Virus record (IMG/VR): IMGVR_UViG_3300011339_000278
Location: 6,743-70,742 of that record
Strand: one strand, 5' to 3'
DNA length: 64,000 nt
Source: a virus
Taxonomy: Duplodnaviria; Caudoviricetes
The notes under the pieces were generated by a model. That model was not told where the DNA came from. It was given only the letters and a program-made list of their open reading frames with translations, and searched no databases. Shown here in pieces: positions 25,903 to 35,559 of the stretch (the first letter of the stretch is position 1; every line of letters starts with the position of its first letter). The position numbers and the translations under genes were made by a program.

Positions 25903-26150
25903 TGGACTTAATGGTTTGGAATGTTGTTTTGTCCTTTGCATCGGCGCTGCTGGTGTTCTGGGTAAAGGTGTCTCACGATGAAGTGAAACGCTTAAGCATT
26001 CTTTTGAGCAAAACTCGTGAAGAGAACGCTGAGAAGTTTGTGACCAAGGCTGATGTTCACAACGACATTAACCGTGTATTAGCGCGTCTTGATCGCCTTG
26101 AAAGCAAGATAGACGACTTTATGAAGGAGCATCGCAGTGCCCTCAGTTAG
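25902..26150 (+). CDS. Membrane-anchored coiled-coil protein
   Basis: N-terminal TM helix followed by heptad repeats. Confidence 0.75.
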   Translation: MDLMVWNVVLSFASALLVFWVKVSHDEVKRLSILLSKTREENAEKFVTKADVHNDINRVLARLDRLESKIDDFMKEHRSALS

Positions 26151-26511
26151 TAAAAAACAACACAATTTCATGGAAGCGGTGGCTCACAACCCAGCGTTTG
26201 CCAAGAAAGCAGGCGTCCCACAGTCCGTGGGAAAAGATTTTTCCATGGCCGATAAAGGCCGTAAATTTTCTAAAGGTGGCGATATGAAACACGCAGACGT
26301 TAAAAAAGATAAATCCATGATGCAGAAGGCCGTGAACAAACACGAAGGCCGTTTGCACAAAGGTGAGCCCATGACTAAACTAGCTAAAGGCGGTATGGCT
26401 CCATCTAAGATGGGCGCTGTTAAGACTGGTAAAACACCAGACGGCGTTGTTTCTAAGGGTAAAACCAAAGGCACAATGATCGCCATGAAACGCGGCGGTC
26501 GCACTTGCTAA
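26137..26511 (+). CDS. Small basic protein with three xxxGG motifs
   Basis: MPSVSKKQHNFM.AVAHNP.FAKK; Lys-rich. Confidence 0.8.
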   Translation: MPSVSKKQHNFMEAVAHNPAFAKKAGVPQSVGKDFSMADKGRKFSKGGDMKHADVKKDKSMMQKAVNKHEGRLHKGEPMTKLAKGGMAPSKMGAVKTGKTPDGVVSKGKTKGTMIAMKRGGRTC

Positions 26512-26520
26512 GGAATTGCT

Positions 26521-26787
26521 ATGCCAATGACACCAGAATCTGCTAAGCAGTACAAGCCACGCCGCACGCCCGGCTCTCCGGATGAAGTTATTTATCCTGA
26601 GACTCGTGCCAAAATGGAAGAGGCTAAAAAGGATGTAGAAGACGAAAAAGTTCGTTCCAAAATTAAAGCCATGGGTTACGCTAGTGGCGGTAAAGTTGGA
26701 TCTGCATCAAAACGTGCTGATGGTTGCGCTACTAAAGGCAAGACCAAAGGCACTATGATCAAGATGAACTACGGCGGGAAGTGCTAA
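26521..26787 (+). CDS. Small protein with YASGG and RADG..GKTKG motifs
   Basis: AAGGA RBS; motif shared with neighbours. Confidence 0.75.
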   Translation: MPMTPESAKQYKPRRTPGSPDEVIYPETRAKMEEAKKDVEDEKVRSKIKAMGYASGGKVGSASKRADGCATKGKTKGTMIKMNYGGKC

Positions 26788-26790
26788 ATC

Positions 26791-27066
26791 ATGATCGCCA
26801 GCCGTGGGATGGGGGCTATTGCCCCCGGTAAGATGCCCAAAGGTAAGAAGAAGGCCCGACGGGACGACACTGACTTTACGCAATACGCTGAAGGCGGTAA
26901 AGTAAACGCTGCTGGCAATTACACGAAGCCCAGTCTTCGTAAAAAAATTGTGTCTCAGGTTAAAGCAGCGGCTACCCACGGTACGGGCGCAGGCCAATGG
27001 TCTGCCCGTAAAGCACAACTTGTTGCCAAGAAGTACAAAGACGCTGGTGGAGGCTACCGAGATTGA
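26791..27066 (+). CDS. Small basic protein with internal YAEGG
   Basis: MIASRGMGAI...YAEGGKV...GQWSARKAQL..K.YK..GGGY. Confidence 0.8.
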   Translation: MIASRGMGAIAPGKMPKGKKKARRDDTDFTQYAEGGKVNAAGNYTKPSLRKKIVSQVKAAATHGTGAGQWSARKAQLVAKKYKDAGGGYRD

Positions 27067-27296
27067 AAGCTCCTCAGAAATCCCTCAAGGACTGGGGCGA
27101 CCAGAAGTGGCGCACTAAGTCTGGTAAACCGTCAAGCAAGACGGGTGAGAGATATTTGCCTGAGAAAGCTATCAAGTCTCTGACGCCATCGGAATATGCG
27201 GCTACAACCCGTGCTAAACGCGCAGGCAAGGCATCTGGTAAACAGTTCGTGGCTCAACCCAAAACTATTGCAAAGAAAACGGCAGGATTTAGATGA
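27063..27296 (+). CDS. Small basic protein
   Basis: QKSLK.W..QKWRTKSGKPS..TGERYLP. Confidence 0.8.
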   Translation: MKAPQKSLKDWGDQKWRTKSGKPSSKTGERYLPEKAIKSLTPSEYAATTRAKRAGKASGKQFVAQPKTIAKKTAGFR

Positions 27297-28219
27297 CCAC
27301 TACCGGCTCAACCCTCTTCAACATGGACTTCACGGAGATCGCCGAGGAAGCTTGGGAGCGTGCGGGCCGTGAGATGCGTTCTGGCTATGACCTCAGAACT
27401 GCGCGTCGCTCTATGAACCTGATGACCATTGAGTGGCAGTCTAAGGGTATCAACATGTGGACCATGGAGCAGGGGTTTATTAACTTGACTCCCGGCTTGG
27501 CTACATACGCACTGCCAACTGACACGATTGATTTGCTTGAACATGTCATCCGTACCGGTCAGAACACTTCGTCTACTCAGGCAGACCTAACTATTTCGCG
27601 CATTAGCGTTTCTACTTATGCCACTATTCCAAACAAGCTTCAGCAAGCTCGCCCAATTCAAGTCTGGATTCAAAGATTATCTGGTGAAGTTAACCCAACA
27701 ACTTCGGTCTTGGTGGGCGCGATTACGGCAACGGACACCACAATAACGCTAAGCAGCGTTGTTAACTTGGCGGGTTCTGGCTTTATCCGTCTTGGTACGG
27801 AAGATATTTACTACACCTACATCTCAGGCAATGTCCTTGGCGGTGTATTCCGTGGTCAAAACAACACAACTGCTGCCTCTCAAGCGGATGGTACAGCTGT
27901 CTTTGTGCCCCAGCTTCCAGCTATCACTGTCTGGCCTACACCTGATAACTCAACTCCCTATCAGTTTGTGTACTGGAGACTGCGCCGAGTGCAGGACGCT
28001 GGTGCTGGTATGGAAACCGCAGACATGAACTTCCGCTTCTTGCCATGTTTGGTAGCGGGCTTGGCGTATCACATCGCCATTAAAGTGCCTGAGTTGATGC
28101 CCCGCATCCAGATGCTCAAGCAGATGTATGACGAAACCTTTGAGATCGCAGCTGGCGAAGACCGTGAAAAAGCAGCGGTTCGATTTGTGCCACGGCAGAT
28201 GTATATTGGTAACACATAA
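27293..28219 (+). CDS. Head-tail adaptor (P22 gp4-like) with inserted beta domain
   Basis: EEAWER.G...GYDL.TARRS.NL...EW...GIN.WT; position in the neck module. Confidence 0.7.
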   Translation: MTTTGSTLFNMDFTEIAEEAWERAGREMRSGYDLRTARRSMNLMTIEWQSKGINMWTMEQGFINLTPGLATYALPTDTIDLLEHVIRTGQNTSSTQADLTISRISVSTYATIPNKLQQARPIQVWIQRLSGEVNPTTSVLVGAITATDTTITLSSVVNLAGSGFIRLGTEDIYYTYISGNVLGGVFRGQNNTTAASQADGTAVFVPQLPAITVWPTPDNSTPYQFVYWRLRRVQDAGAGMETADMNFRFLPCLVAGLAYHIAIKVPELMPRIQMLKQMYDETFEIAAGEDREKAAVRFVPRQMYIGNT

Positions 28220-28602
28220 TGGGAAATAGGTTCGCATCCGGCAAAATAGCGATTGCTGAATGTGATCGCTGTGGCCAACAGTACAAACTGAAGAGGCTTA
28301 AAACTGAGATCATTAAGCAGCGTAAGTACGAGCTGTTGGTATGCCCTACGTGTTGGGATCCAGATCAGCCGCAGTTGATGTTAGGGACGTTTCCAGTAGA
28401 TGACCCACAGGCTTTGCGCAACCCCCGTAAAGATACAACCTATGTGACTTCGGGTGTAAACGTAAACGGAAATCTGTCTGGTGGTTCACGGGACATCCAG
28501 TGGGGATGGAATCCGGTTGGCGGAGCTAGTTTAAATGATGCAGGATTGACGCCAAACTACTTGGTGGCAACGACATTTGTTGGTACAGTATCAATATCTT
28601 AA
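28219..28602 (+). CDS. Zn-ribbon virion-module protein
   Basis: CDRCG...VCPTCWDPD.PQ. Confidence 0.75.
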   Translation: MGNRFASGKIAIAECDRCGQQYKLKRLKTEIIKQRKYELLVCPTCWDPDQPQLMLGTFPVDDPQALRNPRKDTTYVTSGVNVNGNLSGGSRDIQWGWNPVGGASLNDAGLTPNYLVATTFVGTVSIS

Positions 28603-28612
28603 GGAGATAATC

Positions 28613-28792
28613 ATGGCATTCACACGATCAGCTGACGGCATTGCTAAAAAGGGCAAAACCGTTGGCAAAAACTACGGCGATAGCGGCCCTACCGCTAAAG
28701 AAATCATGGGCGGCAAGAAAACTAAAGGCGTGACTGGTCAAGCCATGCGTGCAGTTGGTCGCAACATGGCCCGTGCAAACAACCAAAAGTGA
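28613..28792 (+). CDS. Small basic protein with ADG..KGKT motif
   Basis: ATG at 28613 after AAGGAG. Confidence 0.7.
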   Translation: MAFTRSADGIAKKGKTVGKNYGDSGPTAKEIMGGKKTKGVTGQAMRAVGRNMARANNQK

Positions 28793-28799
28793 GGCTGAC

Positions 28800-29066
28800 A
28801 TGGCTACATTTAGCAAAAAATTAATGGGTAAAGAAGTTGGCGATGCTAAGGTCTATGCTACACCGCACACCATGACTGGCAAAGTTGTTAAAGCTTCTAC
28901 CAATCCCGGCAAAGAGCCAAACCGTAGCAAGCTTGATACTTACGACGTGAGTGTTGGCGCTATTAGTAAATCAGCTGGTAACGAGCCAACCAAGACTAGC
29001 GGCATTAAAGTGCGCGGTACAGGCGCAGCCACTAAAGGTTTGATGGCACGCGGCCCTATGGCTTGA
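28800..29066 (+). CDS. Small basic protein
   Basis: C-terminal GIKVRGTGAATKG.MARGPMA; ATG at 28800. Confidence 0.75.
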   Translation: MATFSKKLMGKEVGDAKVYATPHTMTGKVVKASTNPGKEPNRSKLDTYDVSVGAISKSAGNEPTKTSGIKVRGTGAATKGLMARGPMA

Positions 29067-29073
29067 GGAACAC

Positions 29074-29913
29074 ATGAACTACACTGAGCTTGTCACGCAG
29101 GTAAGCGATTACTGCGAGAATTCTTTCCCAACTGACAATATGAATACGTTCATTCGTCAGGCGGAGCAGCGCATCTATAACACCGCGCAGCCTGCTAATT
29201 TGCGAAAGAACGTGACGGGCTTTTTGACCACTGGCAATAAATATCTTGAATGCCCATCGGACTTCTTGTCTGTGTACAGCTTGGCTTTGTATCCGTACAA
29301 CACCACCACTGCTACCGGCACAGCTGGTCAGAAAACAATCATAGTAGCAAGCACCACAGGTATTGCAGCAGGTCAGCAAGTAACGGGAACAGGTATCGGT
29401 ACAAATGCTCAGGTTCGCAGTATTGCCGGTACAACCATTACATTGACTGTTGCTAACAGCGGCACGGTGTCTGGTTCTGTAATCTTCCAAGGCGACTATC
29501 TGTATCTGCTTAACAAAGATGTTAACTTCATTCGTGAGGCGTATCCTTTGTCTGCGCAAGTCAGTGAGCCTAAACACTACGCAATCTTTGGCCCACGCTC
29601 AGACAATGTGAATGAATTGACGTTCATTGTTGGCCCAACACCTAGCGCAGCATACAACGCAGAACTGCATTACAACTACTATCCAGAGTCCATCGTCACT
29701 GCGGGCACTACTTGGCTTGGTGATAACTTTGACTCTGTACTGCTGTACGGCACAATCTGTGAAGCTCTTGTTTACATGAAGGGCGAACAAGGCATGGTTG
29801 CTCTTGCGCAAGAACGTTACGTTCAAGCTATTGCTCTGTATAAAAACTTGTCAGACGGCAAGCAAAGAGCAGATAGTTACAGAGATGGACAAGTCAGGGT
29901 TTCAGTTTCATGA
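29074..29913 (+). CDS. Neck/tail adaptor protein with inserted beta domain
   Basis: MNY.EL......F..QAEQRI...; LL.G...EA..YMKG. Confidence 0.7.
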   Translation: MNYTELVTQVSDYCENSFPTDNMNTFIRQAEQRIYNTAQPANLRKNVTGFLTTGNKYLECPSDFLSVYSLALYPYNTTTATGTAGQKTIIVASTTGIAAGQQVTGTGIGTNAQVRSIAGTTITLTVANSGTVSGSVIFQGDYLYLLNKDVNFIREAYPLSAQVSEPKHYAIFGPRSDNVNELTFIVGPTPSAAYNAELHYNYYPESIVTAGTTWLGDNFDSVLLYGTICEALVYMKGEQGMVALAQERYVQAIALYKNLSDGKQRADSYRDGQVRVSVS

Positions 29914-30326
29914 GTTACATCTTACAAACCCAAACGACCAGCTTCAAAAAGGAGTTGTACACGGGCATCCACGACCTATCTACGGATACATTAAAGATCG
30001 CTCTGTACACCGCCAATGCAAATTTAAACGAAGCCACTACCGTTTACACGACCGCTGCTGAAGTTACGGGCACAGGTTATGTGGCTGGTGGTGTAGTTTT
30101 GACCGGCATCACTATCAATTCGTCTGGGTATACAGCGTATGTAGATTTTGCTGATGTGGTGTTTAACGCATCAGTTACGGCTCGTTGTGCTTTGATCTAC
30201 AACGTCACGCAGGGCAATAAGTCAATTGCTGTCTTAGACTTTGGGTCTGACAAGACTTCTACCAATTTCACCATCACAATGCCTGCTAACACAGCCACAG
30301 CAGCATTAATTCGTTCTTCTAATTAA
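29910..30326 (+). CDS. Tail structural protein
   Basis: SFK.EL..G.HD...D.LKIALY; AVLDFG.DK. Confidence 0.7.
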   Translation: MSYILQTQTTSFKKELYTGIHDLSTDTLKIALYTANANLNEATTVYTTAAEVTGTGYVAGGVVLTGITINSSGYTAYVDFADVVFNASVTARCALIYNVTQGNKSIAVLDFGSDKTSTNFTITMPANTATAALIRSSN

Positions 30327-30335
30327 GGAGTCAAT

Positions 30336-30914
30336 ATGACCACAGAGAAACTTAAAGTAACTGACCATATTTCTAGCGGTCTTATTGCTGGCACCCAGTC
30401 AGGCGAACAAGCCAAGGCTACTGGCGTTTACCACGTTGAATGCCACGATAAAGACGGCAATCTAAAGTGGTCTGCTGATACCAAGAACTTGGTGGTTAAC
30501 GCTGGTCTGGCTTATATGGCCGGTACTGCTTTGACTTCTGTAGCCCAGATTACCACTTGGTATATTGGTCTGTACGGTGCTGGCGCTTCTAATACACCGG
30601 CGGCTGGCGATACGATGGCTTCTCACGCTGGCTGGACTGAAGTAACGCCTTACAGCAACTCAACCCGTGTGGCCGCTACGTTTGTTACAGCGACTACGGC
30701 GAATCCTTCTGTGGTGACTAATGCGGCCTCGCCTGCTACGTTTAACATCAATGCCACTTCCACTGTTGGTGGCGCATTCTTGACAAGCGGTAGTGCTAAG
30801 AGCGGTACGACTGGTACGTTGTTCTCTGCGGCTGACTTTAGTTCACCCGGCGACCGCTCAGTGGTTTCTGGTGACGTTTTGTCTGTAACTTACACATTCA
30901 GCCTCGCTGCTTGA
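30336..30914 (+). CDS. Tail structural protein
   Basis: Beta-rich; KNLVVN.G, GTLFSA, R.V..GD.L.VTY. Confidence 0.7.
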   Translation: MTTEKLKVTDHISSGLIAGTQSGEQAKATGVYHVECHDKDGNLKWSADTKNLVVNAGLAYMAGTALTSVAQITTWYIGLYGAGASNTPAAGDTMASHAGWTEVTPYSNSTRVAATFVTATTANPSVVTNAASPATFNINATSTVGGAFLTSGSAKSGTTGTLFSAADFSSPGDRSVVSGDVLSVTYTFSLAA

Positions 30915-30921
30915 GGTCTAA

Positions 30922-31704
30922 ATGGCTGAAGGCGGCTGGGGTTCTGGCACATGGGGTCAGGCTGGCTGGGGTGATTCAGTCTATGACCGGAGTGTTGCTG
31001 AAACTGCGACAGGGACAGATGCCGATTCTTCAGCTGTAACCTTTGGATCCGCTGTTGCGGAAAGCGCTACGGGCACAGATGCGGTATCGAGCTTAGTTCA
31101 GGTTAATGCGGCTGTTAGCGAGACAAGTACGGGGTCAGATGCAATAAGTGCAACGGCAACGTTTGGCGCAGAGGTTAGTGAGTCAAGCACAGGTAGTGAT
31201 GCGATCAGCGCCATCCCAACGTATGGGGTGTCAGTCAGTGAGACTGCTACGGTGTCGGACTCTAATGCGGCTTTTGCAAACTTCCTAGCCCAGATCATAG
31301 AAACTGCTACAGGAACTGATGCAACAGCGGCGGCTTTCACGTTCTTGGCGTTTATTGTTGAGACAGTGACTGGATCGGATGCGGTATCGAGTAATGTTTC
31401 AGTTGGTGCAGAGGTTAGTGAAACAGCGACAGGCAGTGAGACTGTGAGTGCTGGGGTTACATTTAACGGTGTTATCTCAGAATCTGCTACTGTGTCAGAT
31501 GTAGATGCGGCGGTAGCGCAGTTCAAGGCTTCTGTGGTTGAATTGGCGACAATATCTGATTTAGTAATGGGGCGGCCTTTGTGGGAAATTATTGATGACA
31601 CGCAGACTGCAAACTGGCAAAATATCAACAACGTTCAGTCTGCGGGCTGGACACAGGTTAGTGACACTCAGAGTGCTGGGTGGACACAAATCGACACGAA
31701 TTAG
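30922..31704 (+). CDS. Tail-fibre-associated repeat protein
   Basis: WG.G.WG N-terminus, 15-aa periodic V.E.ATG.DA units, W-repeat C-terminus. Confidence 0.7.
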   Translation: MAEGGWGSGTWGQAGWGDSVYDRSVAETATGTDADSSAVTFGSAVAESATGTDAVSSLVQVNAAVSETSTGSDAISATATFGAEVSESSTGSDAISAIPTYGVSVSETATVSDSNAAFANFLAQIIETATGTDATAAAFTFLAFIVETVTGSDAVSSNVSVGAEVSETATGSETVSAGVTFNGVISESATVSDVDAAVAQFKASVVELATISDLVMGRPLWEIIDDTQTANWQNINNVQSAGWTQVSDTQSAGWTQIDTN

Positions 31705-31713
31705 GAGCATTGA

Positions 31714-34620
31714 ATGACTACAGCATACACATCACTCTTGGGTCTGGCACTGCCAGTACAGGGCGAACTGAGCGGCACATGGGGTGACACTGTAAACAAC
31801 AGCATTACATCCCTGCTTGATACCTCTGTTGCGGGTACGACCAACGTCAGCACTGATACAGATGTCACACTGACCACAACCACAGGCGCTGCGAACACGG
31901 CTCGTCAAGCCATTCTGCTTTTCTCAGGCGCGCGTACAGCATTACGTACCGTGACAGCCCCAGCGCAGTCAAAGGTTTACACGGTTATTAACGCCACCAC
32001 AGGCGGTTTTGCGGTCAAGTTGGTAGGTGTCGGGCCGACTACGGGCGTGACCATCGTTGCTGGTGAGTCTGCTGTCTGTGCATGGAACGGCTCTGACTTT
32101 ATCAAGATCAGTAACACTGCGGGTGCGGGCGTATTTTCATCCATTACCAATACCGGCCTGACTTCTGGTCGAGTGGTGTATTCCACCACTGGTGGTCTTG
32201 AGACTGATTCCGCTAACTTGACGTTTAGCGGAACGGCTTTGTCGGTTACAAACAATTTGACATTTGGTTCTGGAACTTTATTTGGTGCGGGTAATGTCGG
32301 TTTTAGTTATCGTTCTTCTGACAGCACTTTGTATTTGCAAGCGCCAACAGCTGGTTTTAACATTACAGACAATGCGCTCAATACAAAAGTAAGCATAACT
32401 TCAACTGCATTTACAACGTATTACGATGCGGTAATTTATGGTCTAACTGTTGGTCGTGGTGCTGGTGCTGTGTCTACCAATACTGCTGTTGGTGCTAGTG
32501 CTTTAGCAACGAACAGTTCTGGTTCTAGTCTTACTGCCGTTGGTGCAAATTCGCTTTTGAGCAACACAACTGGCAACTGGAATACTGGCGTTGGCATTGC
32601 AACTTTGTATTCAAACACCACGGGAACTGTAAATTCAGCCGTTGGTCAGAATGCTATGTATTTCAATACAACAGGTGCTCAAAACACAGGTGTAGGTGCT
32701 GGCGCTCTCTACTCCAACACCACAGCCTCATACAACACTGCCGTAGGTTATCAGGCAAGTTACTCAAACATTACTGGAACAGAAACAACTGCATTAGGCT
32801 GGAGTGCATTAAGAACAAATACGGGCAACTACAATACAGCAATAGGCTCAGGCTCGATGTATTCCAATACTTCTGGCGTCAACAATACAGCAATTGGTGT
32901 ATCTTCTTTGGCATCCAACACCACAGCATCTAACAACACTGCTGTAGGTTATCAGGCGGGGTACAGCAACACTACTGGAACTGCTCACACATATTTGGGT
33001 TATTTAGCAGGGCGAGCAAATGTCACTTCATCTGCTAATACGGCTCTAGGATGGCAAGCACTTAAAGACAATACTGCCGCAAATAATACAGGTGTCGGCC
33101 CTTACACACTTTGGGTTAATACTTCGGGTTCAAGCAACATTGCTATTGGCCCCTTGGCAATGATTACAAACACAACTGGCAGTTTTAATACGGCTGTTGG
33201 CTCGGGTGTTGATGGGGTACTTCAAGGCGCACTTGGGCTTAACACCACTGGCTCAAATAACACAGCAGTTGGATATGCCGCACTTCGTGGTAACACCACC
33301 GCCTCCGACAACACAGCCGTAGGTTATCAAGCAGGGTACAGCAACACAGGTGCAAGCAACTCGTTTTTTGGATTTCAATCAGGCTTTTCCAACACAGGCA
33401 CATTGAATACATTTACTGGCCCGTATGCTGGTTACAGTAATACGTCTGGTAATTTCAACACCTTTGATGGCGCTTTTGCGGGATACGGAACAACCACGGG
33501 CTCTAATAACGTAGCAGTTGGTCAGGCCGCACTTCAGTCCAACACCACAGCATCAGCCAACACTGCTGTAGGCTATCAGGCTGGGTACAGCAATACGACA
33601 GGCGCACTTAATACTGCCGTTGGTGCAGGTGCTTTGTATAGCAACACAACAGGTGCTAGTAATGCTGGTTTAGGTGTAGACGCATTATTGGCTAATTCAA
33701 CAGGTTCGTTTAACACAGCAATTGGCAGACAATCTCTTCAAGCCAACACCACAGCATCAAGCAACACTGCTGTAGGTTATCAGGCGGCTTATGCCAATAC
33801 TACTGGTACTGGAAACACGGCACTAGGTTCAAGTGCTTTGTACAGCAATACCACTGGTGCTGGAAACACGGCTGTTGGCTCCTACTGGAGTGGTTCTGTT
33901 GAATCGCCTTTGTATTCAAATACAGTTGGTGGTCAAAATACTGCAATGGGGCCGGGCGCATTAAAGTCCAACACAACAGGTAGCACAAACATTGCTATTG
34001 GCAATTACACCCTACAATCTAACACCACAGCATCTAACAACACTGCTGTTGGTTATCAGTCAATGTACACCACTACAACTGGTGCGACTAATACAGCATT
34101 AGGTTATCAGGCGGGGTATTCAATTGGAACTGGATCAAATAATATTTGCATTGGTAGGGCTGATGTTTCAGTTCAAAACGTGGTGCATGAGATAACTATT
34201 GCAACTGCTGGTGTTGGTGGTAAAGGCACTAATAGCGGTTTCATAAGCCCCAATGGTGGCCCTGTATATCAAGGCAATAACTCAGCATCTTGGTCAACCA
34301 CTTCTGACGAGCGTATCAAACAAAACTTTATCCCAGTAACAAATGGTTTGGAAGTTGTCAATGCGCTTGACCCGTTTGAGTTTGATTACATTGTTAATGG
34401 TAAACACGAAGTTGGTTTCAAAGCCCAACAGTACATGACTGTTCTTCCAGCACAAGTTATCAAACATACTGCTTCACTAGAAGAAAAAGCAATTGTTGGT
34501 GAAGATGAAATTTATGGCATCAACCGCAACCTTGACCCATATTTTGTGTCAGCAATTAAAACCCTAACCGCCCAAGTTGAACAACTGAAGGCAGAACTCG
34601 CAACTTTAAAAGGAAACTAA
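31714..34620 (+). CDS. Tail fibre/receptor-binding protein with beta-roll repeats and C-terminal intramolecular chaperone (S74-like)
   Basis: Many NTAVG..A..SNTTG repeats (YadA-head-like); TSDERIK autocleavage motif; C-terminal coiled coil. Confidence 0.88.
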   Translation: MTTAYTSLLGLALPVQGELSGTWGDTVNNSITSLLDTSVAGTTNVSTDTDVTLTTTTGAANTARQAILLFSGARTALRTVTAPAQSKVYTVINATTGGFAVKLVGVGPTTGVTIVAGESAVCAWNGSDFIKISNTAGAGVFSSITNTGLTSGRVVYSTTGGLETDSANLTFSGTALSVTNNLTFGSGTLFGAGNVGFSYRSSDSTLYLQAPTAGFNITDNALNTKVSITSTAFTTYYDAVIYGLTVGRGAGAVSTNTAVGASALATNSSGSSLTAVGANSLLSNTTGNWNTGVGIATLYSNTTGTVNSAVGQNAMYFNTTGAQNTGVGAGALYSNTTASYNTAVGYQASYSNITGTETTALGWSALRTNTGNYNTAIGSGSMYSNTSGVNNTAIGVSSLASNTTASNNTAVGYQAGYSNTTGTAHTYLGYLAGRANVTSSANTALGWQALKDNTAANNTGVGPYTLWVNTSGSSNIAIGPLAMITNTTGSFNTAVGSGVDGVLQGALGLNTTGSNNTAVGYAALRGNTTASDNTAVGYQAGYSNTGASNSFFGFQSGFSNTGTLNTFTGPYAGYSNTSGNFNTFDGAFAGYGTTTGSNNVAVGQAALQSNTTASANTAVGYQAGYSNTTGALNTAVGAGALYSNTTGASNAGLGVDALLANSTGSFNTAIGRQSLQANTTASSNTAVGYQAAYANTTGTGNTALGSSALYSNTTGAGNTAVGSYWSGSVESPLYSNTVGGQNTAMGPGALKSNTTGSTNIAIGNYTLQSNTTASNNTAVGYQSMYTTTTGATNTALGYQAGYSIGTGSNNICIGRADVSVQNVVHEITIATAGVGGKGTNSGFISPNGGPVYQGNNSASWSTTSDERIKQNFIPVTNGLEVVNALDPFEFDYIVNGKHEVGFKAQQYMTVLPAQVIKHTASLEEKAIVGEDEIYGINRNLDPYFVSAIKTLTAQVEQLKAELATLKGN

Positions 34621-34621
34621 A

Positions 34622-34852
34622 ATGTCTGAAATCATTGAACAACCCACCGCAGAACAAATTGCCAAGCATTACTCTGCTTGCATGGACAGCGTAAACCTGA
34701 TAAACGCAGGACAACCAGAAGGCATGACTGCCGAAGACTGGGCTGACTGTGTTGCTCGTAACGTGGCCCACTTGGAAATTATGGTCGCCAAAGACTTCAT
34801 GCAGGGTCAAGACCTTGCTCCGCTGAATGCCGCTATTGCCGCTGGTCAGTAA
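34622..34852 (+). CDS. Putative tail fibre assembly protein
   Basis: 76 aa directly after the fibre gene. Confidence 0.6.
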   Translation: MSEIIEQPTAEQIAKHYSACMDSVNLINAGQPEGMTAEDWADCVARNVAHLEIMVAKDFMQGQDLAPLNAAIAAGQ

Positions 34853-35514
34853 TGTTCTACGTCTACGAGCACATTCGGCTTGACACCAATACCGTCTTTT
34901 ATGTCGGTAAAGGGTGTGGTAGTCGAGTGCGCTCTAAAGACAAGCGTAACAATCACTGGAAAAGTATTGTCGATAAGGCTGGATATGAAGGTCGATTGAT
35001 TGCTGAGTCTAATGATGAAGAGCTTGTATTCCTAGCAGAGCAAGAGCGGATTGACCAGTTGCGTAGGCTTGGTATTAACCTTGCAAACAAAACTGATGGC
35101 GGTTGCGGTGGCACAAAAGGCTACCACCATACAGATGAAGCAAAACGCAAAATATCTGAAAAAGTAAAAGGCAAAATAGGTGGCGAAAAACATCCACGCT
35201 ATGGCCTTTACGGTAAAGATAATCCTATGTATGGTTTTAAACAGTCTGCCGAAGCTAAGCTTGGAATGTCAATCAATTCATCTATGAAACGACCAGAAGT
35301 CGTAGCAAAAATTAGTGGCGAACGTTCTTTACTGGCAAAATCTGTGGAATACCAAGGAAAGGTTTACACAACAATGAATGACCTTGCAAAGCATCTTGGC
35401 ATATCAGGCCAAACCCTTCGTTCACGAATTTTCCGTGGACAATCTGAAAAATACGGTTATAAAGTTCTTGGTAAAACCAAAGACCTTGCCCCCCTGCAAG
35501 CCGCATCAGTTTAA
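34852..35514 (+). CDS. GIY-YIG homing endonuclease with NUMOD3-like motifs
   Basis: FYVYEH...FYVGKG..SR; LAN.TDGG.G; HTDEAKRKIS. Confidence 0.88.
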   Translation: MFYVYEHIRLDTNTVFYVGKGCGSRVRSKDKRNNHWKSIVDKAGYEGRLIAESNDEELVFLAEQERIDQLRRLGINLANKTDGGCGGTKGYHHTDEAKRKISEKVKGKIGGEKHPRYGLYGKDNPMYGFKQSAEAKLGMSINSSMKRPEVVAKISGERSLLAKSVEYQGKVYTTMNDLAKHLGISGQTLRSRIFRGQSEKYGYKVLGKTKDLAPLQAASV

Positions 35515-35559
35515 ACAGGAAGCCACCACCTGATCTTGGTGGCATACAAAGGAAACATC

